44,907 bases of DNA from an uncultured Flavobacteriales bacterium (lineage in GTDB: Bacteria > Bacteroidota > Bacteroidia > Flavobacteriales_D > Sanyastnellaceae): positions 1 through 44,907 of the forward strand of contig CALGDB010000028.1 of assembly GCA_937884175.1 (NCBI GenBank), given 5' to 3'. The notes beneath the pieces were generated by a model. That model was not told the DNA's origin. It saw only the letters and a list, made by a program, of their open reading frames with translations, and ran no database searches. Both the position numbers and the translations under genes were made by a program. Shown one piece after another: positions 42,455 through 44,907 of this stretch (within the stretch, counting starts at the first letter, position 1; every line of letters starts with the position of its first letter).

Positions 42455-43729
42455 TTATTCGCCTTTGTCAGCCATCAAACGACCGCAAATCAAGGCAACT
42501 ACCAGACCGATGCCGAGGCCTTTGAGAAGGTCAATGAAGACGATGGCCAAAATGGTCACGACGAAAGGAATGAAGTGCTTCATCCCGCTCGCATACATGC
42601 GCTTGAATGTCGCCGGCTTCGCCAATTTGTAACCGACCACGAACAACACCGCAGCGAGGCTGCCAAGCGGGATATACTTGAGCAACGTAGGCGCCAACAA
42701 GAAAAACAGGAGCAACCATGCACCGTGCAAGATTGCACTGAGTTTGGTCGCGTTTCCCGTCTGGATGTTGGCCGATGAACGAACAATCACTTGGGTGATT
42801 GGCAATCCACCAATCAAACCACTCACGGTGTTTCCAACCCCTTGCGCCAGGAGCTCACGGTTGGTTGGCGTGATGCGCTGCTCGGGGTCCAATTTATCCG
42901 TCGCCTCGACGCACAGCAACGTTTCCAAACTCGCAACCACAGCGATGGTCGCCGCCAAAATCCAAATTGCGCTATTACCGATAACAGAGAAATCAGGGAA
43001 CGTCAACAATGAACCCCACGCCGACGGATCAATGCCGTTGGCTGCGTGGCTTGTTGGCACATCGACCAATTGCTTCGTCGTCAGGGCTCCGTTTCCACTC
43101 CGGGTGATAAGGTGCACAGCGATCCCAGCAAGGACTGCTGTCAATGAACCAGACAGCACCTTCGTGAACTTCTGGGCCTTCATGAAGGACGTTTCCCACA
43201 TGAGCAAGATGGCTAGGCACACGAACGTGACTACCGTCGCCGTCGCCGAGGCATAGCTGATGTTGTCGCCGAGAAGCAAGAGCACGTCAAAGACCTTGTC
43301 GGCCTTCGTCGTCCCTTCTGCGCCTGCATACCCGAGTCCGTGTGGGATTTGTTTGATGAAAATGATAATACCGATGGCAGCGAGCATCCCTGAAATAACG
43401 CTGGAGGGAAAGTACTTGCCGACAACACCCGCACGTACGATGCCCAAAACCAATTGCGCCAAGCCACCGATGACTACGGCAAGCAAAAAGGCTTCGAATC
43501 CCACTTCTTGAATGCCGTCATAAACAATCACCGCAAGTCCTGCGGCCGGACCGGATACGCCAACATGGCTTCCTGAAATAGGCGCAACTATGAGTCCGCC
43601 AATGATACCAGCAATCAAGCCGGCGATGGGCTCCGCGCCCGAGGCCAATGCAATGCCCAGGCAGAGCGGCAATGCGACCAAAAAAACGACCAAGGATGCT
43701 GGAGCATCCTTTCCAATGTGCTTAAACAT
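42455..43729 (-). CDS. SulP-family inorganic anion transporter, transmembrane core only (no STAS domain)
   Basis: ATG at 43729 gives MFKHIGKDAPASLVVFLVALPLCLGIALASGA, a typical SulP start. There are many Gly-rich TM helices (GLIAGIIGGLIV.., VGNTVSGLIGGLPIT). The ORF stops about 424 aa in, right after the last TM. No room or ORF for a STAS domain exists downstream. Confidence 0.8.
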   Translation of the reverse strand: MFKHIGKDAPASLVVFLVALPLCLGIALASGAEPIAGLIAGIIGGLIVAPISGSHVGVSGPAAGLAVIVYDGIQEVGFEAFLLAVVIGGLAQLVLGIVRAGVVGKYFPSSVISGMLAAIGIIIFIKQIPHGLGYAGAEGTTKADKVFDVLLLLGDNISYASATATVVTFVCLAILLMWETSFMKAQKFTKVLSGSLTAVLAGIAVHLITRSGNGALTTKQLVDVPTSHAANGIDPSAWGSLLTFPDFSVIGNSAIWILAATIAVVASLETLLCVEATDKLDPEQRITPTNRELLAQGVGNTVSGLIGGLPITQVIVRSSANIQTGNATKLSAILHGAWLLLFFLLAPTLLKYIPLGSLAAVLFVVGYKLAKPATFKRMYASGMKHFIPFVVTILAIVFIDLLKGLGIGLVVALICGRLMADKGE

Positions 43730-43789
43730 GATGTTTGAGAAATAAATGATGAACGAATGACAAAGCAGTCTACCGGACTGCACAACGCA

Positions 43790-44125
43790 TTACACCATCG
43801 ATTCTGGAGGCTCAAATACGCCCCTTCGGTAAGGAGCACTCCATTGCCTGTTCGTCGCAACCGAGCGGCTGAGGACGGTCAAAGACATGACTTTGGGGTT
43901 CCAATCGGACCATTCCGACCATTTTTTCACCTCGTCATCTGCTGCCTCTTCTTCGCCTTGTTTGTTTTTCTCGCTGTGTTCATCGTCCGCATCGGCCATC
44001 AGCCACACCACTTCTTCCTCGCCGCTATTGAATGCCACCGCACAGGGCATTGCCACCCAACACACAATGGATAGAATTCCGAGGGCACATGACCAAAACG
44101 AACGGTATGTCGACGTGAAAATCAC
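43790..44125 (-). CDS. Hypothetical small secreted acidic protein
   Basis: 111-aa ORF with a hydrophobic N-terminus (..FWSCALGILSIVCWVAMPCAVAF) and then a very acidic stretch (GEEEVVWLMADADDEHSEKNKQGEEEAADDEVKKWSEWSDW). It has no recognisable family, and coding status is uncertain. Confidence 0.3.
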   Translation of the reverse strand: MIFTSTYRSFWSCALGILSIVCWVAMPCAVAFNSGEEEVVWLMADADDEHSEKNKQGEEEAADDEVKKWSEWSDWNPKVMSLTVLSRSVATNRQWSAPYRRGVFEPPESMV

Positions 44126-44220
44126 AACGTGAAATTAATAGATAGAACTTAGGGATCGACCTTCAAAATTGTGAAAGTTTCCAACCTGAAAGCAATTCCG
44201 ATGGAAGGTGACCAAACCCA

Positions 44221-44907
44221 TCACAGCAAAAAGGAGGGTGAAAAATTCAAAGCAATCCACCCCCACTGCTGCCATGCATTCGCCAAGGTCGATCTATTCT
44301 GTGACGCGTACATGGCTTCGGTTGCACGCATGACCGACCAGCCAAACGAGGCTTGGACAAAATCTGTCGGTTTGAATACCACCACGGCATCCACTTCATT
44401 GGCGTACAAATTGTCAAACGAGGGGCTGTAGAACCGATGGTACCGAACGTCCCAATGTGCCTTCCAAGCCGCTTTACCAAAAGGCTTCGTCCAGTGAACG
44501 CGTGCGTCGGTCATGCCGTTGGCGGGCAGTCCGACGTAAAAATGATCCATCCAACCGTAGTGGCGGTGGTTGGTACCGAGGAAGGGGTGGAATGCTCGTC
44601 CCCGTGCGTCGCCTTCGAGCCAGTCCAGTGCGACAAGCGCCTTTCCCAAGTTGCCGAAAGCGCCGTGCAGCTCGGCCACACCCATGAACGATGTCGGTTG
44701 GCCATTGCGCTGTTCTTGTGCATAGGCCTCCACCACCCACGACACCGCCTCGTTTTTCGCTTTCCCGGTCCAACTCGCTCCTGCCGTCACCACCGAGGCG
44801 GTAGGGTCGAGAGAATTTTTCTGGTCGAAGTACAGGAAGGATAACCGCTGCCAATCGGAAGTGTACAAATGGTACCCCATGATGCGGGTCAATCCCGCAG
44901 GGGCATC
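44221..44907 (-). CDS. Outer-membrane porin-like protein, C-terminal part (gene continues beyond the right edge)
   Basis: The reading frame is open to the window end with no stop upstream of the listed Met. It has an alternating aromatic/polar beta-strand pattern (..VHWTKPFGKAAWKAHWDVRYHRFYS.., ..AVVVFKPTDFVQASFGWSVM.., ..GWIALNFSPSFLL). It is possibly of the alginate-export/porin type, but the family was not verified. Confidence 0.45.
   Translation of the reverse strand, partial: DAPAGLTRIMGYHLYTSDWQRLSFLYFDQKNSLDPTASVVTAGASWTGKAKNEAVSWVVEAYAQEQRNGQPTSFMGVAELHGAFGNLGKALVALDWLEGDARGRAFHPFLGTNHRHYGWMDHFYVGLPANGMTDARVHWTKPFGKAAWKAHWDVRYHRFYSPSFDNLYANEVDAVVVFKPTDFVQASFGWSVMRATEAMYASQNRSTLANAWQQWGWIALNFSPSFLL

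Noticed and set aside
1-44907. Microbial rhodopsin or carotenoid (crt) genes that would explain the blh homolog.
   Set aside because: No ORF in the window shows a 7-TM opsin pattern with the retinal-binding Lys context or crtB/I/Y motifs. The only polytopic proteins are blh itself, amtB, SulP, the YdbS/T-like pair and the nupC fragment.
1-44907. Defence systems, toxin-antitoxin pairs, prophage or mobile elements (integrase, transposase, restriction-modification, Cas, reverse transcriptase, AAA/helicase/nuclease combinations).
   Set aside because: Every ORF above about 100 aa could be assigned to a metabolic, transport, glycan-degrading or surface-protein class. I saw no Walker-A NTPase, nuclease, methylase or recombinase motifs, and no terminal inverted or direct repeats.
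1-44907. CRISPR arrays, tandem DNA repeats, tRNA/rRNA/tmRNA genes and riboswitches.
   Set aside because: Intergenic gaps are all 221 bp or shorter. None contains regularly spaced direct repeats, a tRNA T-loop (GTTCRAnnC) in a cloverleaf context, or a recognisable riboswitch core. Repetition seen in the adhesin and CBM genes is at the protein-module level with diverged DNA.

Overview
Chromosomal segment of a marine-type Bacteroidota genome, judged from a SusC/SusD pair, many lipoprotein signals and T9SS type-A and type-B C-terminal sorting domains. It is moderately GC-rich by eye. I support 28 protein-coding genes, two of them cut by the window edges. I found no rRNA, tRNA, CRISPR array, transposase, integrase, restriction, toxin or other recognisable defence gene.

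Gene order, left to right:
- Nucleoside-salvage operon on the minus strand: cdd, an unknown beta-barrel-like ORF, and a nupC-like permease.
- An orphan PqqD-like gene.
- A tightly coupled plus-strand operon: T9SS type-B adhesin, Brp/Blh carotenoid dioxygenase, a paralogous type-B adhesin, and a BNR/Asp-box propeller protein.
- A secreted alpha/beta hydrolase, a PNGase F-family lipoprotein, and monomeric isocitrate dehydrogenase.
- A laminarin-type polysaccharide utilisation locus on the minus strand: GH3, a tetramodular CBM-like T9SS protein, SusC, SusD, a PKD lipoprotein and a Calx-beta-GH16.
- A GH2 beta-mannosidase and a GreA-C-terminal-like protein.
- Two overlapping cupredoxin / multicopper-oxidase genes.
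- An 1818-aa type-B adhesin, amtB, a YdbS/YdbT-like PH-domain pair, a STAS-less SulP transporter, a small acidic ORF and a porin-like partial ORF.

Nothing here is an unambiguous new system. The two best candidates for a second look are:
1. The cupredoxin gene pair, which reads like one multicopper oxidase split into complementary halves, with only one half carrying a T9SS signal.
2. The blh-family membrane dioxygenase, translationally coupled between two paralogous secreted adhesins and far from any rhodopsin or carotenoid gene.

All family calls come from motif recognition by eye. No searches were run.
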